The notes: generated by a model not told the origin, from the letters alone. Shown: positions 21,849-32,748, numbered from the stretch's first letter. The stretch is DNA of 64,000 nucleotides from Gemmatimonadales bacterium (GCA_041615815.1 JBFJCP010000016.1:32001-96000), one strand, 5' to 3'. Made by a program: numbers and translations.

Positions 21849-23498
21849 TCACCTGTCTTCGAGCATTCGCTCGATCTCGTCATCTCGTCCCGTCAACTCC
21901 CAGCGCACGAGCGAGATCGGGATCACCCCGGCACCGGTAAACTCATCCATGAACCGCTTCAGGGTAAACTCGTCGCCTAGTTGGATGGCCCGCTCGGCCA
22001 TGAGCTGCTCGATGAGCACCTTCCCGGTCACGTAGCTGGTACCGTAGCCCGGCTGTTGGAGGTAGAGGTGCTGCTCGCCGATCACGGTGTTGCCGTCGGC
22101 GGGGAGCCAGCCACGGGGCGTCCATTCAGACGCGAACTCGGACGCCTGTGCCACGGTCCACTCGTTGGCGTGGAGCATGAGGCCGCCGATGGCGCGGGCC
22201 GCCCGCTGCGCCAGCAAGATGTAGATCAGCTCCCGCACGCGAGGGCGCCCCTCGAACAACCCCGCATGCATCATCATCTCTTCCATGCCCGTGGCCAGGC
22301 CCTCCGAGCGGGCATCGTAGATGTTGGAGAGCGACGGCACGCTCCGGATCGGGCTTGGGTGTGGCTCGGCCACCATCCGCGCCAGCTCGATCCAGTGGTA
22401 GCCATGGGTCCGCATCGTCATGGCGTCGCGGTAGCTCACTTCCGAAAAGAAACCGCGCAGGCCTTCGGCGGGCGTAAATTGGCCGATCCGCGCCCTGAGC
22501 GCGGGAGCCATGTAGTCTTTCACCGTCACGATCTCCTCGCGCTCCAGGAACGCCACGAACTCATCCACCGCGGCGTTGAAGACCCGATCGTATTCTTCGG
22601 CGCTCGCGACGCGGGACAATTGGGGCAACCGTCGATTGCGATGCTCCTCGAGCCGCAGAGACGCATGCGCCCGCGCGAGCTCGCGATACATGATCGTGAG
22701 CTGTTCCTCCCAGCTATACGGCACCAGGTGGACGTTCCGGAGATACCAGGTGTAGTTGTCCCTCCCCACGCCGGAGGGCCCGGTCTTGGATGGCAGTTGC
22801 CGCTCGAGCCATAGGCGAAACTCGTCCGTGGCGACCCGCGCACGTTCGATCGCGGCATCCAGCTCGGCGCTGGTGCCCGACACCCGATTCGCAAAGGCCT
22901 GGAGATCCCCGCTCTGCCCTGCCATGTTCCGGATGCCGCCCCGCCACAGATCCGCTGCATCCTCGACCAAGTTTTCCCGTGCTTGCTCGAGCACTGCGGG
23001 GATGGCTCCGATTCGCTGGGCCAGCGCCGCCGCATCGCTCGGTGACAGCGGGTAATCGTAGAGCCAGAGATCGATCCAGCCGTGAATGACCGGGCCTTCG
23101 TGCGCCGGCACGTCACTCTGGTCCTCGAAGATCATCGTGTAGAAGGCGGGATTGCGTGCCCAGGGTCTGCGGAGGCGGTGATCGAAATCGAGACCGTTCA
23201 TTTCGGCACGCACGAGGTGATGGTCGATCTGTTGTGCTACCGGCCAGGCGCTCGGATCGATGGCGGCGAGGCGCCGCCGGTACGCCGCGAGCTCGCGGGC
23301 CTGTGCGGCCATCCCATCTCGGGTGTAGTCCGGCACGCCGTCCACGAACTCGGGGCGCTCGAACTCGCGCCATTCTTCGAACAACGCCACGAGGTCGTCG
23401 TAGCTCGTGCTTTGGACCGGCTGGTCGGAGCTGCATCCAACGGCGAGGAGGGCTGCAGTGAGAAGGACGAGGCCTCGAGGGAAGCAAAACGGGAACAT
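21849..23498 (-). CDS. DUF885 family lipoprotein
   Basis: LAVGC lipobox; RPWARNPAFY, SEGLATGMEE, QPGYGTSYVTGK. Confidence 0.75.
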   Translation of the reverse strand: MFPFCFPRGLVLLTAALLAVGCSSDQPVQSTSYDDLVALFEEWREFERPEFVDGVPDYTRDGMAAQARELAAYRRRLAAIDPSAWPVAQQIDHHLVRAEMNGLDFDHRLRRPWARNPAFYTMIFEDQSDVPAHEGPVIHGWIDLWLYDYPLSPSDAAALAQRIGAIPAVLEQARENLVEDAADLWRGGIRNMAGQSGDLQAFANRVSGTSAELDAAIERARVATDEFRLWLERQLPSKTGPSGVGRDNYTWYLRNVHLVPYSWEEQLTIMYRELARAHASLRLEEHRNRRLPQLSRVASAEEYDRVFNAAVDEFVAFLEREEIVTVKDYMAPALRARIGQFTPAEGLRGFFSEVSYRDAMTMRTHGYHWIELARMVAEPHPSPIRSVPSLSNIYDARSEGLATGMEEMMMHAGLFEGRPRVRELIYILLAQRAARAIGGLMLHANEWTVAQASEFASEWTPRGWLPADGNTVIGEQHLYLQQPGYGTSYVTGKVLIEQLMAERAIQLGDEFTLKRFMDEFTGAGVIPISLVRWELTGRDDEIERMLEDR

Positions 23499-23760
23499 GG
23501 CGTGGGACTCCGAGATCGAGGGAGGGGGAGGACCTAATCGTCGCATTCATACGCGCCGGCTGTCAAACGGTAACCATGCCTGGGGGTGGTATCTCGCCAG
23601 CTCTCCTGGTGGCATTTCGAGATGCACTGCTCTGCGTGTTGCATTGCTGCAACTCTTGTCATCATATGTTCGGCTCAACACGTTCGCAAAACACAGAGGC
23701 GACACAGCCCTAGGAATGTCCTCGTCGCGGCTGGACCCACCGAACTCGAGGGAGAGAAAC

Positions 23761-24390
23761 ATGAAGAGAGGAACCGCATGGATCGCCACAGGCCTCGCCG
23801 CGGGCCTCGCCATGGGATGCGCCGAGACGCCAACCGCGCTGGATCAGGACCAAGAGCTCCCCGAGGTCGCGTTTTCCCACAGAGGCCGCGGAGGCTCCTC
23901 GATCGACCAATCGCAGCCCCTCGCGGACGCGGGCGCAACGTTCACGATCGCGGTCGGTGGAAACTCCAATCAGCTCGTGGCCCAGCTCTTCACCTCTGGC
24001 GTTACCGGAAAAATGCGCGAGCTCGAGGTACCGGTGGCGTGCGCTGACGGCATGCTGGTGGCTGAGATTCGTGATGTCGTTGCGGGGCTGCCTGGGACTA
24101 TGGTCATTCGGAGCGAGACATTCGATCCCTCGGACTTGACCACATTCATTCCGGGCGTGGCCACGTTCAGCGTGCTGCCATTCAGGCCGTCGCCCGACCT
24201 CGTGGCGGGGACGCAGTACGCCATGGTGTTCGACAATCCCACCGGATCGTGCGGCATGCTGCCCGGTCCGCTTGGGGATCCGTACGCCGGTGGAGACGGA
24301 TATGCGTTCGACGATGTGAACGGTCAGTGGGTTCCCATCGAACTGGGCACGGGACGTTTTGATATCCCGTTCTACACGTACATGCGGTGA
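23761..24390 (+). CDS. Hypothetical lipoprotein
   Basis: GGGAGAG RBS; LAMGC lipobox; VAQLFTSGVTG, LVAGTQYAMV, DPYAGG. Confidence 0.65.
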   Translation: MKRGTAWIATGLAAGLAMGCAETPTALDQDQELPEVAFSHRGRGGSSIDQSQPLADAGATFTIAVGGNSNQLVAQLFTSGVTGKMRELEVPVACADGMLVAEIRDVVAGLPGTMVIRSETFDPSDLTTFIPGVATFSVLPFRPSPDLVAGTQYAMVFDNPTGSCGMLPGPLGDPYAGGDGYAFDDVNGQWVPIELGTGRFDIPFYTYMR

Positions 24391-24601
24391 GGTGTCCGCC
24401 ACGTAACGGTGTCCGGCTGTTGGAACCCCCAATTGGCAACTGACGGTAGCGGCCTGGGTGAGTTCAAACGCGAGTGCTGGAGGATCACGATGAACCACCC
24501 CATCCCGTGTGCTGCCGTCCCGGCCATCGCGCGACCCCGTGGCGCGAATGCCGCACGCGATGACCCTGGCTGGCGAGAGCTACCGACGCTGAGACACCCC
24601 C

Positions 24602-26896
24602 TCAACCAACGCCGACCCGCTCGACGATCCGGTGGAAACGCGAATCCGTTCTCAAGAAATCGAAACCTGGATCGTGCGCCAGCATCAGCAGCCAGAAGTC
24701 GCGCTCCGCGAGGGAGCGCTCGAGCCAGGCAAAGGTGGCGTCCAGATCGCGAAGCCCGTAATGCACAGTGGCGATCGCGAACGGTGGCACGTACTCACCT
24801 CTCGCTCTGTCTTGGAGCTCGGCGAGGACGGCGCGCGCTTCCGACTCCTGTCCGATACGGGCCAACAACCCACCGAGGTTGGCGAGCGGCCAGAAATGGC
24901 GGTTCGAGAGCTCGACGGCGGTCTGAATCCCCTCGAACGCCTCCTTCACCCGTTTTTGTTGAAGCTGCGCGAGCGCCATCCATCGGTGCGCCTCGCTGTA
25001 CCCGGGTGACAGCTCGATGATGGTGCGGCAATGCGCGATGGCCTCGTCGAAGCGGCGGGCGAGGTAGCTGGTGACGGCAAGGTTGCTTTGGGCCCACATC
25101 GAGAGTGGGTCGATCTCCACGGCGGCCCGGACGCGGCCGATTGCTTGGTCGAACAGGCCGAGCGCCCCGAAATAATAGCCGTAGCACGACTGGGCGATCG
25201 GATCGCTCGGTTTGAGTTCGACCGCCCGGTTTAGCTGCTGCAGGGTGTCCTCTGGATTCCAATCGTACCACAGGCTCACGTTCGCGAGGACGGTGTGGGC
25301 CTCGGCGAGCGTTGGATCGAGCGCCAGCGCCCGGCGGGCCGCGTTCCGCGCCTCCGGTCCGCCCTCCCGAGGTGGGACGGCCGCGTACAGGGTCAGGAGG
25401 AAGTGCGCCTCGGCGACCCCAGCGTGCGCCAGGGCGAACTCGGAGTCTTTCTCGAGCGCGCGACGGTAGTACTCCATCGCCTTCCACATTCCCTCGAGCC
25501 GCTGGTTGAGGAAGTAGCGGCCCTTGAGATACAACTCGTATGCGTCGACGGACGTCGTCGTTCGATGCGGTTTAGTAGTGATCGGATGTAACCAATCGGC
25601 GAGCGCGCTCGTGAGCGCATTGGCAATCGCGGAAGCGATCTCGTCCTGGATCGCGAAGACATCCTGCAGCTCGCGGTCGTATTCATCGGACCAGAGTTGG
25701 TAACCGTCCGAGGCGTTCAGGAGGCGGGCGGCGATCCGCACTCGTCTTCCCACGCGGCGCACGCTCCCTTCCAGAACGGTGTCCACGTTGAGCCGCCGTC
25801 CGATCTCCCGCACGTCGACCTGCTGCCCCTTGAACGCGAACGACGAGGTCCGTGCGGCTACGCGGAGCGAGCGCACCTGGGCCAACCGATTCAGGATCTC
25901 CTCCGTCACCCCATCCGAGAAGAACTCGCTCCCGGATTCTTCGCTCATGTTTGCGAAGGCGAGGACCGCCACCGATGGTGTCGCGGCAGTCACGACGACC
26001 TCTCCCAAACCCGCCGTCAGGAGCGCCGCCCCGCTCAGGGCGTGCAACACCTCCTCGGCCGATTGGGGTCGGTCATTCGGCTCCTTGGCCAGACAGCGCA
26101 TCACGAGGTCGGTGAGCGCAGCAGGGAGGTCCGCGCGCCGCGCCGTGATTGGCGTCGGTTCCTCGACCACCTGGGCCGCCACGACTGCCTGCGCTGATGG
26201 GCCGTGGAACGGCGGCTCCTCGACGAACATCTCGTAGGCCATGCAGCCGAACGAGTACAGATCGGCCCGGTGATCGAGGATCGGATCGCCGGTGACCTGC
26301 TCGGGTGCCATATAGGCCGGGGTGCCGATAGAGAATCCCGGGCTCGTGAGGTCCGTGGCTGTTTCATCGCGGGCGCTGGCAAGTGCTTTCGCGAGTCCAA
26401 AATCGGTCACCGTGGCGCTGTTCCCGGTCAGCAGGACGTTGTGAGGCTTGATGTCGCGGTGGATCACGCCTCGTCCGTGGGCGTACGCAAGGGCGCGCGC
26501 CACGTCTCGCAGGATCCCCACGGCCACGGCCGCGGGAAGGGCGCCCTGGCGGGCGAGCCGATCCGCCAGCGACTCTCCGTCGACCAGCGGCATCGTGTAG
26601 TACGGCAACCCCCCGGACTCGCCGGCCGCGAATACCGGCACGATCTGCGGGTGTTGGAGACTCGCGGTGATCGTGATCTCCCGACGGAAGCGCTCGATGT
26701 TCACACCCTCTCCCAGCTCTGGAGCCAGGAGTTTGATGGCGATCCGGCGGTCGAGCGCAACGTCCAACGCCACGAAGAGGCGCGACATCCCGCCGCCCCG
26801 GAGCTCGCGCTCCACGACGAAGCCCTCACCCAGCGACTCCTGAAGGCGCTCCTTGAGCGTGTCGGTCATTCTGTTGGCCTTCGTCTTGTCGACCAT
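24602..26896 (-). CDS. Ser/Thr protein kinase with TolB-like and TPR domains
   Basis: GGGMSR, HRDIKPHN, DFGLAK, GTPAYMAPEQ; SVAVLAFANMS; TPR repeats. Confidence 0.92.
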   Translation of the reverse strand: MVDKTKANRMTDTLKERLQESLGEGFVVERELRGGGMSRLFVALDVALDRRIAIKLLAPELGEGVNIERFRREITITASLQHPQIVPVFAAGESGGLPYYTMPLVDGESLADRLARQGALPAAVAVGILRDVARALAYAHGRGVIHRDIKPHNVLLTGNSATVTDFGLAKALASARDETATDLTSPGFSIGTPAYMAPEQVTGDPILDHRADLYSFGCMAYEMFVEEPPFHGPSAQAVVAAQVVEEPTPITARRADLPAALTDLVMRCLAKEPNDRPQSAEEVLHALSGAALLTAGLGEVVVTAATPSVAVLAFANMSEESGSEFFSDGVTEEILNRLAQVRSLRVAARTSSFAFKGQQVDVREIGRRLNVDTVLEGSVRRVGRRVRIAARLLNASDGYQLWSDEYDRELQDVFAIQDEIASAIANALTSALADWLHPITTKPHRTTTSVDAYELYLKGRYFLNQRLEGMWKAMEYYRRALEKDSEFALAHAGVAEAHFLLTLYAAVPPREGGPEARNAARRALALDPTLAEAHTVLANVSLWYDWNPEDTLQQLNRAVELKPSDPIAQSCYGYYFGALGLFDQAIGRVRAAVEIDPLSMWAQSNLAVTSYLARRFDEAIAHCRTIIELSPGYSEAHRWMALAQLQQKRVKEAFEGIQTAVELSNRHFWPLANLGGLLARIGQESEARAVLAELQDRARGEYVPPFAIATVHYGLRDLDATFAWLERSLAERDFWLLMLAHDPGFDFLRTDSRFHRIVERVGVG

Positions 26897-27068
26897 TTTT
26901 GCGATATATCGGGCCGTCTCGAAACGTAGGGGCGGCGTGACCGAGCGAAGCGAGGCCAGCCGACACCCGTGATAGTGCTACTCGGTGAGGAGATAGTCGA
27001 GAGTGTGAGGCCAATCTGAAGGTGCCGGCAGGGTGCGACGACGGGATCGGTTGATCCGAGGGCTGCGC

Positions 27069-27549
27069 CTACGGGGGCGTCTGCCCGCGTCGTTTGGTCA
27101 GCAGTCGTTCGGCAAAGTCGACGCGCTCTTCGAGATCGGCCACCTGCTCGGCCTGCATCCGTACCAATTCGGCCATCTGCTCCCGATGGCGTTGCTCCAT
27201 CGACGCCACACGCTCCTCGAGGCGCGGGGTGTCGAGACCTTTGCCGAGTCGGGCCGCGCGCGCGGTACCACACCGGGATCGAGGAAGCGGCGACGAGGAT
27301 GCCCCCTATCACCGCCGCTGTGGACGCATCCTGAGGGGTCCCATCCACCCCAAACCCGATGAGCATGACACCCACCAGCGACCTGGCGGCGACCTGAGCG
27401 GCGAGCTTGGCCCGTTCACGCCACATGCGGCGTTGGCTCGTGTCGTCCGGCGCTGCGGATCCGGTCGCCACGGGATAGGCGCAGGCCGGACACGCCGCCG
27501 CGCTGCTCGAGACCTCGCGGCCGCATTCCGGACATTCGATCAGAGCCAT
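27069..27549 (-). pseudogene. Zinc-ribbon membrane protein, frameshifted at a (CG)5 tract
   Basis: MALIECPECG...CPAC plus two TM helices; the coiled-coil C-terminus ...DLEERVDFAERLLTK is in another frame beyond 27255-27264. Confidence 0.7.
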
Positions 27550-27733
27550 CTGTGCCTCCGGATGCGGGGCTCCCTGGGGCTTGGCCTCTGTACGGTCATT
27601 GGGGCACTCGAGTTTCCGAGTTCGCGATGACACGTAGGGCGTGGCCCAGCAGGCCGGGGGCGGACTCGCAACTCGGCCTGGTCTTCAACCACCCAGCGTG
27701 TTTGCTGGCTCCACCGAAAACGGGATGACGGCG

Positions 27734-28294
27734 TCACGGCGACCGACGCGGGTCTGCATCGGTCTCGAAGGTCAGGCTCCGGACGATCGTTTGCTTCCAC
27801 TCCTCCATCTGGTCTCGATGCCTCACGTGTCCGCGGTAGGCGACGACGGCGACGGTGGGGCGATCATGATCGAAGACCATCGCGGCGCACTGCGCCACGC
27901 TCTCGTCGGGCATGCACGTGAAGCCCCGCACGGTATGCCAATATCCCTGTGGCGTGGAACCATCCTCGTCCACATAGACGTGCACGTCACCCCCGGTGTT
28001 CAGCGCGGAATCGGCGGCGAGGGCGCTCAAGAACAGGTTGCCAACGGTGCGCGCCGCGTCTCGTGTCAGTCCGCCCCCCGTGGGAGGATGGAACGCAATC
28101 TTGGTGGGTGTGGCGATTTGCACCACCTCCATCAGAGGTCCCACCATGATGTTCAGCTCCATCAGGTATGCCGGGTTACGCAACCTGACGACCTGCACAG
28201 CCCCGAACGTGTCCACGCGCGCATCGAGATCGGGGGGCCGCGAGAACACGACGCCGGCGGCGTTGAAGAGTTCCGGATGCTCCAAGGGTTCCAT
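27734..28294 (-). CDS. Hypothetical protein
   Basis: 186-aa ORF with protein-like composition; no recognised motif. Confidence 0.45.
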   Translation of the reverse strand: MEPLEHPELFNAAGVVFSRPPDLDARVDTFGAVQVVRLRNPAYLMELNIMVGPLMEVVQIATPTKIAFHPPTGGGLTRDAARTVGNLFLSALAADSALNTGGDVHVYVDEDGSTPQGYWHTVRGFTCMPDESVAQCAAMVFDHDRPTVAVVAYRGHVRHRDQMEEWKQTIVRSLTFETDADPRRSP

Positions 28295-28515
28295 GGGTCA
28301 GTGAGAAGCGGCGTGTAATGGGTAGGAGTAAGAGACAGCGAGAGGTACGAAGCCGGAAGGGGTACGGAGAATAGGAGCACCGATCCGTGGCCGGCGTATG
28401 TATGGTGAGCAGATCGCTCGGAAGGAGGGCTGATCGACGATGGTAACCAATGCCGAGCGCACGTGCCCGGCGTTCACCGCGTTTTGGGGACGCGGCGTAG
28501 GTTGCGGGTCGTTCA

Positions 28516-28601
28516 TGCCCGGGGCGGGATTCGAACCCGCACGGGGACTAAGCCCCAAGGGATTTTAAGTCCCTTGCGTCTGCCCATTTCGCCACCCGGG
28601 C
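28516..28601 (-). tRNA. tRNA-Leu (anticodon UAA)
   Basis: GCCCGGGTGGCGAAATGGGCAGACGCAAGGGACTTAAAATCCCTT...GCGGGTTCGAATCCCGCCCCGGGCA; long variable arm; CCA not encoded. Confidence 0.95.
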
Positions 28602-28751
28602 CACAGCGTTCTCCTGTATCAAACTTACCTGCCTTCCACGCCGGTTGCGAAAGTCCATTGCCCCTCGTGATGCCGGGCCAACGAACGCCCTGACCGAGTT
28701 GCGCCTACCTCGCGGAGGCGTAGGTTCGAACGGAGGTCACTCCTCGACGTC

Positions 28752-29411
28752 ATGGCCATATCTCATCAGCAAGTCCTCGGCGTCTTCCCGCTTGGCGCTG
28801 CACTCCTCCTTGCAGGGTGTTCCAAGGCGACGGTCAGCCGATATCAGCCCGGCCCGTTAGCAGAGCCGGTACCCCAGATATTCGTGGTGCTTCCTGTCTT
28901 CTTCGAGCTTCCATCCGGCGCCAACAGCTGGGATTCCCGCCAAACGAGCTTCACCGTCGAGGAAACCGCCGAGCTCGACGAAGCAGAGGCCCGCATCGTG
29001 GAGCGGTTGTCCCCCGCACTGCCGCAGACAGCCGTGATCTCCCCGCGTTCCTCTGAAACGCTCTTGTGGGAGGCGGCAGGCGACTCCATGACGCCCACGG
29101 CTACTGGTTTTCCGAAACTCGCGATGCAACTCGCCAATGAGTTTCACGCGGACGGCGTGGTCGTCTGCTCGGTGTCCGGCTTGGAATTCGTCGAAGGAGA
29201 GAAAGGGTTTTGGCAGACCGACATTCCCGAGACTACGGGCCGAGTGGAGCTTTCACTGTATCAACCAAACGGCCGCGTGGCGTGGACACTGGTAGCAGAT
29301 ACCAAGAAGATCTTCACCCTGGGACGGACACCCAAGTTCGTGGACTTCGTCGACTTCGCCATCAAGGAAATGGTGCCGGAGATTGAGCGGATATATCAGG
29401 CGCCCAACTAG
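28752..29411 (+). CDS. Hypothetical lipoprotein
   Basis: GGAGG RBS; LLAGC lipobox; ADGVVV. Confidence 0.65.
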   Translation: MAISHQQVLGVFPLGAALLLAGCSKATVSRYQPGPLAEPVPQIFVVLPVFFELPSGANSWDSRQTSFTVEETAELDEAEARIVERLSPALPQTAVISPRSSETLLWEAAGDSMTPTATGFPKLAMQLANEFHADGVVVCSVSGLEFVEGEKGFWQTDIPETTGRVELSLYQPNGRVAWTLVADTKKIFTLGRTPKFVDFVDFAIKEMVPEIERIYQAPN

Positions 29412-29483
29412 GCGCTGACCGCCACCCGAGATCCCTGCGCGGGAGGTCCTCCGCCCACGTTGACCGCCACGCCCCCCGCACCC

Positions 29484-30095
29484 TCAATCACTCCGCTCGC
29501 TCGGCGACACCCAATCCCGCGGCAATTCCCCCTTCCCCTCTGCCTTCGCAACGATGTCGGCAACACTCTGCACAATACGATCATCGAACTCCCGACCGCG
29601 TTGGCGAGCCTCGACGCGCAACGCGCGCACGAACGGCCGCATCGATCGAGCCTTCCCGAGCCCTTGAACCGCGGTCATCAGAGCCTGCAGCTGGCGCTCC
29701 ACCGCCTCGAGCTTCGGGACCGGTGCAACCACCCGCCCGTCGCGTACGGTCTCCGCGTCGCCCCACGCCCGAAGCAGCTCACGTGCGGACGCCACGATCT
29801 CGCCAAATGCCGACACCTCGAGGTAGGACTGCCACTCGCCGAGCCAGGCTGCAGCGCCTGCACTGGCCTCCCAATCTCGTTGGTGGGATTCGTCCAACTG
29901 CGCCACGCGCTCGATCTCGGACCTGGGGATCCGCCATTCCCGACCGACTTTATCGCCTTTCAAATGGGGCGGCTCGGCAGCAAGCCAGTTCAGCACTGTA
30001 TTGCGGTGCACACCCAGGAGCTCGGCTGCTTGCTGTGCGTTCAACGTGGACTGCTGGGCATGGCCAGCGCCATGCACTATACTATGCTTATTCAT
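29484..30095 (-). CDS. Excisionase-like (HTH_17) DNA-binding protein with helical C-terminus
   Basis: LNAQQAAELLGVHRNTVLNWL...LKGDKVGREWRIPRSEIER; start uncertain. Confidence 0.7.
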   Translation of the reverse strand: MNKHSIVHGAGHAQQSTLNAQQAAELLGVHRNTVLNWLAAEPPHLKGDKVGREWRIPRSEIERVAQLDESHQRDWEASAGAAAWLGEWQSYLEVSAFGEIVASARELLRAWGDAETVRDGRVVAPVPKLEAVERQLQALMTAVQGLGKARSMRPFVRALRVEARQRGREFDDRIVQSVADIVAKAEGKGELPRDWVSPSERSD

Positions 30096-30165
30096 ACGCA
30101 CAGGATATGCATTTTGTTGTAACATGGCAAGGAGGAAACACTTACTGCCATGTTCCCTTCCCAGC

Positions 30166-30740
30166 CTAGATGGCGACCGCCGCGCTGGGCGGCGCGGCGG
30201 CCCGGAGCACTCCCGCTGATCCCACCACACCGGCGCTTCTCAGCAACACACTCAACGTCTCGAACGACGCCCGATGTGGCGACGAGCGGCGCCAGGCGAG
30301 AGCAACCGTGCGGGACGGCTCGGGCCGTACAAACGGGGGCACCGCGAGGTGGCTCCCGTCCAGGCGGCGACCACCGGTCGCCATGAGCGGAAGCAGCGTC
30401 AGCCCTACGCCGTGCTCGACCATCTGGATCAATGTGCCCAGGCTGGTCGCTCGGAAGTCTCCCAACTCGCAGGCACCGGCCGCGTCGCAAATGACCGACG
30501 TCTGCTCCCGGAGGCAATGCCCGTCTGCGAGCAGGAGCACCTCGGCGCCGTGAAGATCGGCAGCTCGGAGACGCTTCCGGCGAGCGAGCGGATGGTCGGG
30601 CGGCATGGCGACGACGAAAGGATCCTTGAACAGCCCGGTGGTCTCGAGATCGCCAAGCTCCGACTCCAGGGCAACGAGGGCGAGATCGACCTCGCCTTCC
30701 CCTACCAGCTCCACGCGCCGCTGGTGGCCTCGGCTATAGC
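30166..30740 (-). pseudogene. oxyR: 5'-truncated OxyR-like LysR regulator (effector domain only)
   Basis: LLLADGHCLREQ...C, FRATSLGTLIQMVEHGVGLTLLP; no HTH domain before the divergent MFS gene. Confidence 0.7.
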
Positions 30741-30838
30741 TCGCGGCGGTGATAGTTTTTCTCCGCATCGGCTTCGCCCCGATTCCAGTCCCATCACAAG
30801 GCGCTGCGCATTACGACCAATCCCGGTCCACGTCGTAG

Positions 30839-32098
30839 ATGACGAAACTCATCGTCCTCTTCGTCACGGCGTTCGTGGACATGGTGGGGCTCGCCATTGT
30901 GCTGCCCCTCCTGCCCTACTACGCCACGGATTTCGGGGCCAGCGCCGCGATCGTCGGCCTCCTGGTATCCGCATTCTCCGTGGCGCAACTGGCGTGCGCT
31001 CCCTACTGGGGTCGGTTCTCTGACCGGTATGGTCGTCGGCCGGCCATCCTCACCGGGCTCCTCATTACGGCCGTGGCGTATGTGGTTTTCGCCTTCGCCG
31101 ATTCGGTGCTGCTGTTGTTGCTCTCGCGGGTCGTGCAGGGGCTGGGTGGCGGCACGATAGGCGTCGTCCAGGCGTACGTGGCGGATGCAAGCCCGGCACA
31201 CGAGCGTACCAAGAGTCTGGGCTGGCTCTCGGCGGTCACGAGCCTGGGCGCCGTCGTGGGACCGGCCTTGGGGTCTCTCACGGTCTCTCTGGGCGGACAA
31301 GCGGCCCCCGGCCTCACCGCCGCCGCCCTCGCAGGACTCGTCGCCGTATTCGCATGGGAATTCCTGGGAGAATCACCCAAAGACGCCGACGGCACGGAAC
31401 ACGACGGGGCGCCGGCAGCGTCCGAGCTCGAGGCCTTCGGCACGGTCGTGCGCCAGTGGAGAGAACCCGCCCCGCGGCTCATATGGATCTACGCCATCGC
31501 GATCGGCGCGTTCTACGGCACGGTCCCCGTCATGCCCATCCTGCTGGAGGCGCGTCTCGGGATCACCGAACATACGGTGGGCTACGTGATCATGTATCTG
31601 GGCGGAATGGGCGTGCTGGTGCGCGCGCTCGTCCTTGGCAAGATGGTGGATCGGCTTCGCGAAGCGCGATTGTCTCGCCTGGGTATTCTGCTGCTCGCCG
31701 TGGGACTCGCGCTCATGACGGTGACTCGCTCCTACCTCGTGCTGGCAGTCTCTCTCACCCTCATGCCCCTCGGCACGGCCTTCCTCTTTCCCTGCATCAC
31801 CGGCCTTCTGTCTCGCGTGGTCTCGAGCCGTGAGCGAGGCCTCTACATGGGGATGCAGCACACCTTCGGTGGCATCTCCCGTGTCGCCTTCCCGATGGGG
31901 GCCGGCTTGGCCATGGATCACCTCGGGCTTGGCATTCCCTTCCTGATCGCCGGCGGGCTCGTCCTGGCGACCCTTCCGCTGACGAGCACGTTGTCCGATT
32001 ACCTGGGAGACCCGTATCAGCCGCCACCACCGGCCGAGCGACTCAGTGCGGCCGATGTGACGGCGGAGTTGCCCATCGACCCCGACGACTGGTCGTAG
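30839..32098 (+). CDS. MFS transporter (DHA1/TetA-like)
   Basis: DMVGLAIVLPLLP; GRFSDRYGRRP (motif A). Confidence 0.9.
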   Translation: MTKLIVLFVTAFVDMVGLAIVLPLLPYYATDFGASAAIVGLLVSAFSVAQLACAPYWGRFSDRYGRRPAILTGLLITAVAYVVFAFADSVLLLLLSRVVQGLGGGTIGVVQAYVADASPAHERTKSLGWLSAVTSLGAVVGPALGSLTVSLGGQAAPGLTAAALAGLVAVFAWEFLGESPKDADGTEHDGAPAASELEAFGTVVRQWREPAPRLIWIYAIAIGAFYGTVPVMPILLEARLGITEHTVGYVIMYLGGMGVLVRALVLGKMVDRLREARLSRLGILLLAVGLALMTVTRSYLVLAVSLTLMPLGTAFLFPCITGLLSRVVSSRERGLYMGMQHTFGGISRVAFPMGAGLAMDHLGLGIPFLIAGGLVLATLPLTSTLSDYLGDPYQPPPPAERLSAADVTAELPIDPDDWS

Positions 32099-32193
32099 AG
32101 GGTTTGGCCCGAGTTGTGCTAGATTGCGCGCACGTCTCCCGCAGATGCGGTCTTCATAGAACCGACACACGAGCCGAGATCCAGTACGCCGTC

Positions 32194-32748
32194 ATGTTTG
32201 ACAACATCCGTCAGGATCTTCAGCGCGCGCGCCGCGTCAACAGCCACAGCCTCTGGAACGAGCTGACCAATCCCGGTACCCAAGCGGTGATGGTGTATCG
32301 CTTTGGACACTGGGCCACCAAGCTCCGGATCCCGGTGATCCGCCACATCCTCATCCTGATGTACATCCCATTAGCCTGGTTCATCCGAGGCTTCGCGGGC
32401 GTCAACATCCCCACCCAGGCGGAGATAGGGCCGGGACTGTGCATTCACACTTGGTCCGGGGTATTTCTCCCGCCCGGCAAGATCGGCAGCAACTGCCTCG
32501 TGCAGCACGGCGTCGTGATCAACTGGGGCGTCAAAGAGATTGGCGACCGCGTCCGGTTTGGCCCAGGCGCCAAGGTCATCAAACCGGTCCGGATTGGCCA
32601 TGGCGCCTACATCGGAGCCAATGCCGTGGTGATGGACGACGTCCCGGACAACGCCGTGATGGTGGGGATCCCTGCCCGGGTGGTGAAGATTCGGGGCCAG
32701 CGCATGGACAGCGATGCCCTGGAGGAGAACGAGGCGGCAGCAAGTTAG
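32194..32748 (+). CDS. Serine O-acetyltransferase-like hexapeptide-repeat acetyltransferase
   Basis: AEIGPGLCIH, IGDRVRFGPGAKV, IGANAVVMDDVPDNAVMVGIPARVV. Confidence 0.8.
   Translation: MFDNIRQDLQRARRVNSHSLWNELTNPGTQAVMVYRFGHWATKLRIPVIRHILILMYIPLAWFIRGFAGVNIPTQAEIGPGLCIHTWSGVFLPPGKIGSNCLVQHGVVINWGVKEIGDRVRFGPGAKVIKPVRIGHGAYIGANAVVMDDVPDNAVMVGIPARVVKIRGQRMDSDALEENEAAAS

Noticed and set aside
28516..28601. bldA-style regulation through tRNA-Leu(UAA)
   Set aside because: TTA codons are rare at this GC content, but nothing in the window shows regulated use
29484..30095. Prophage or ICE
   Set aside because: Only a lone HTH_17 gene; no integrase, structural or conjugation genes
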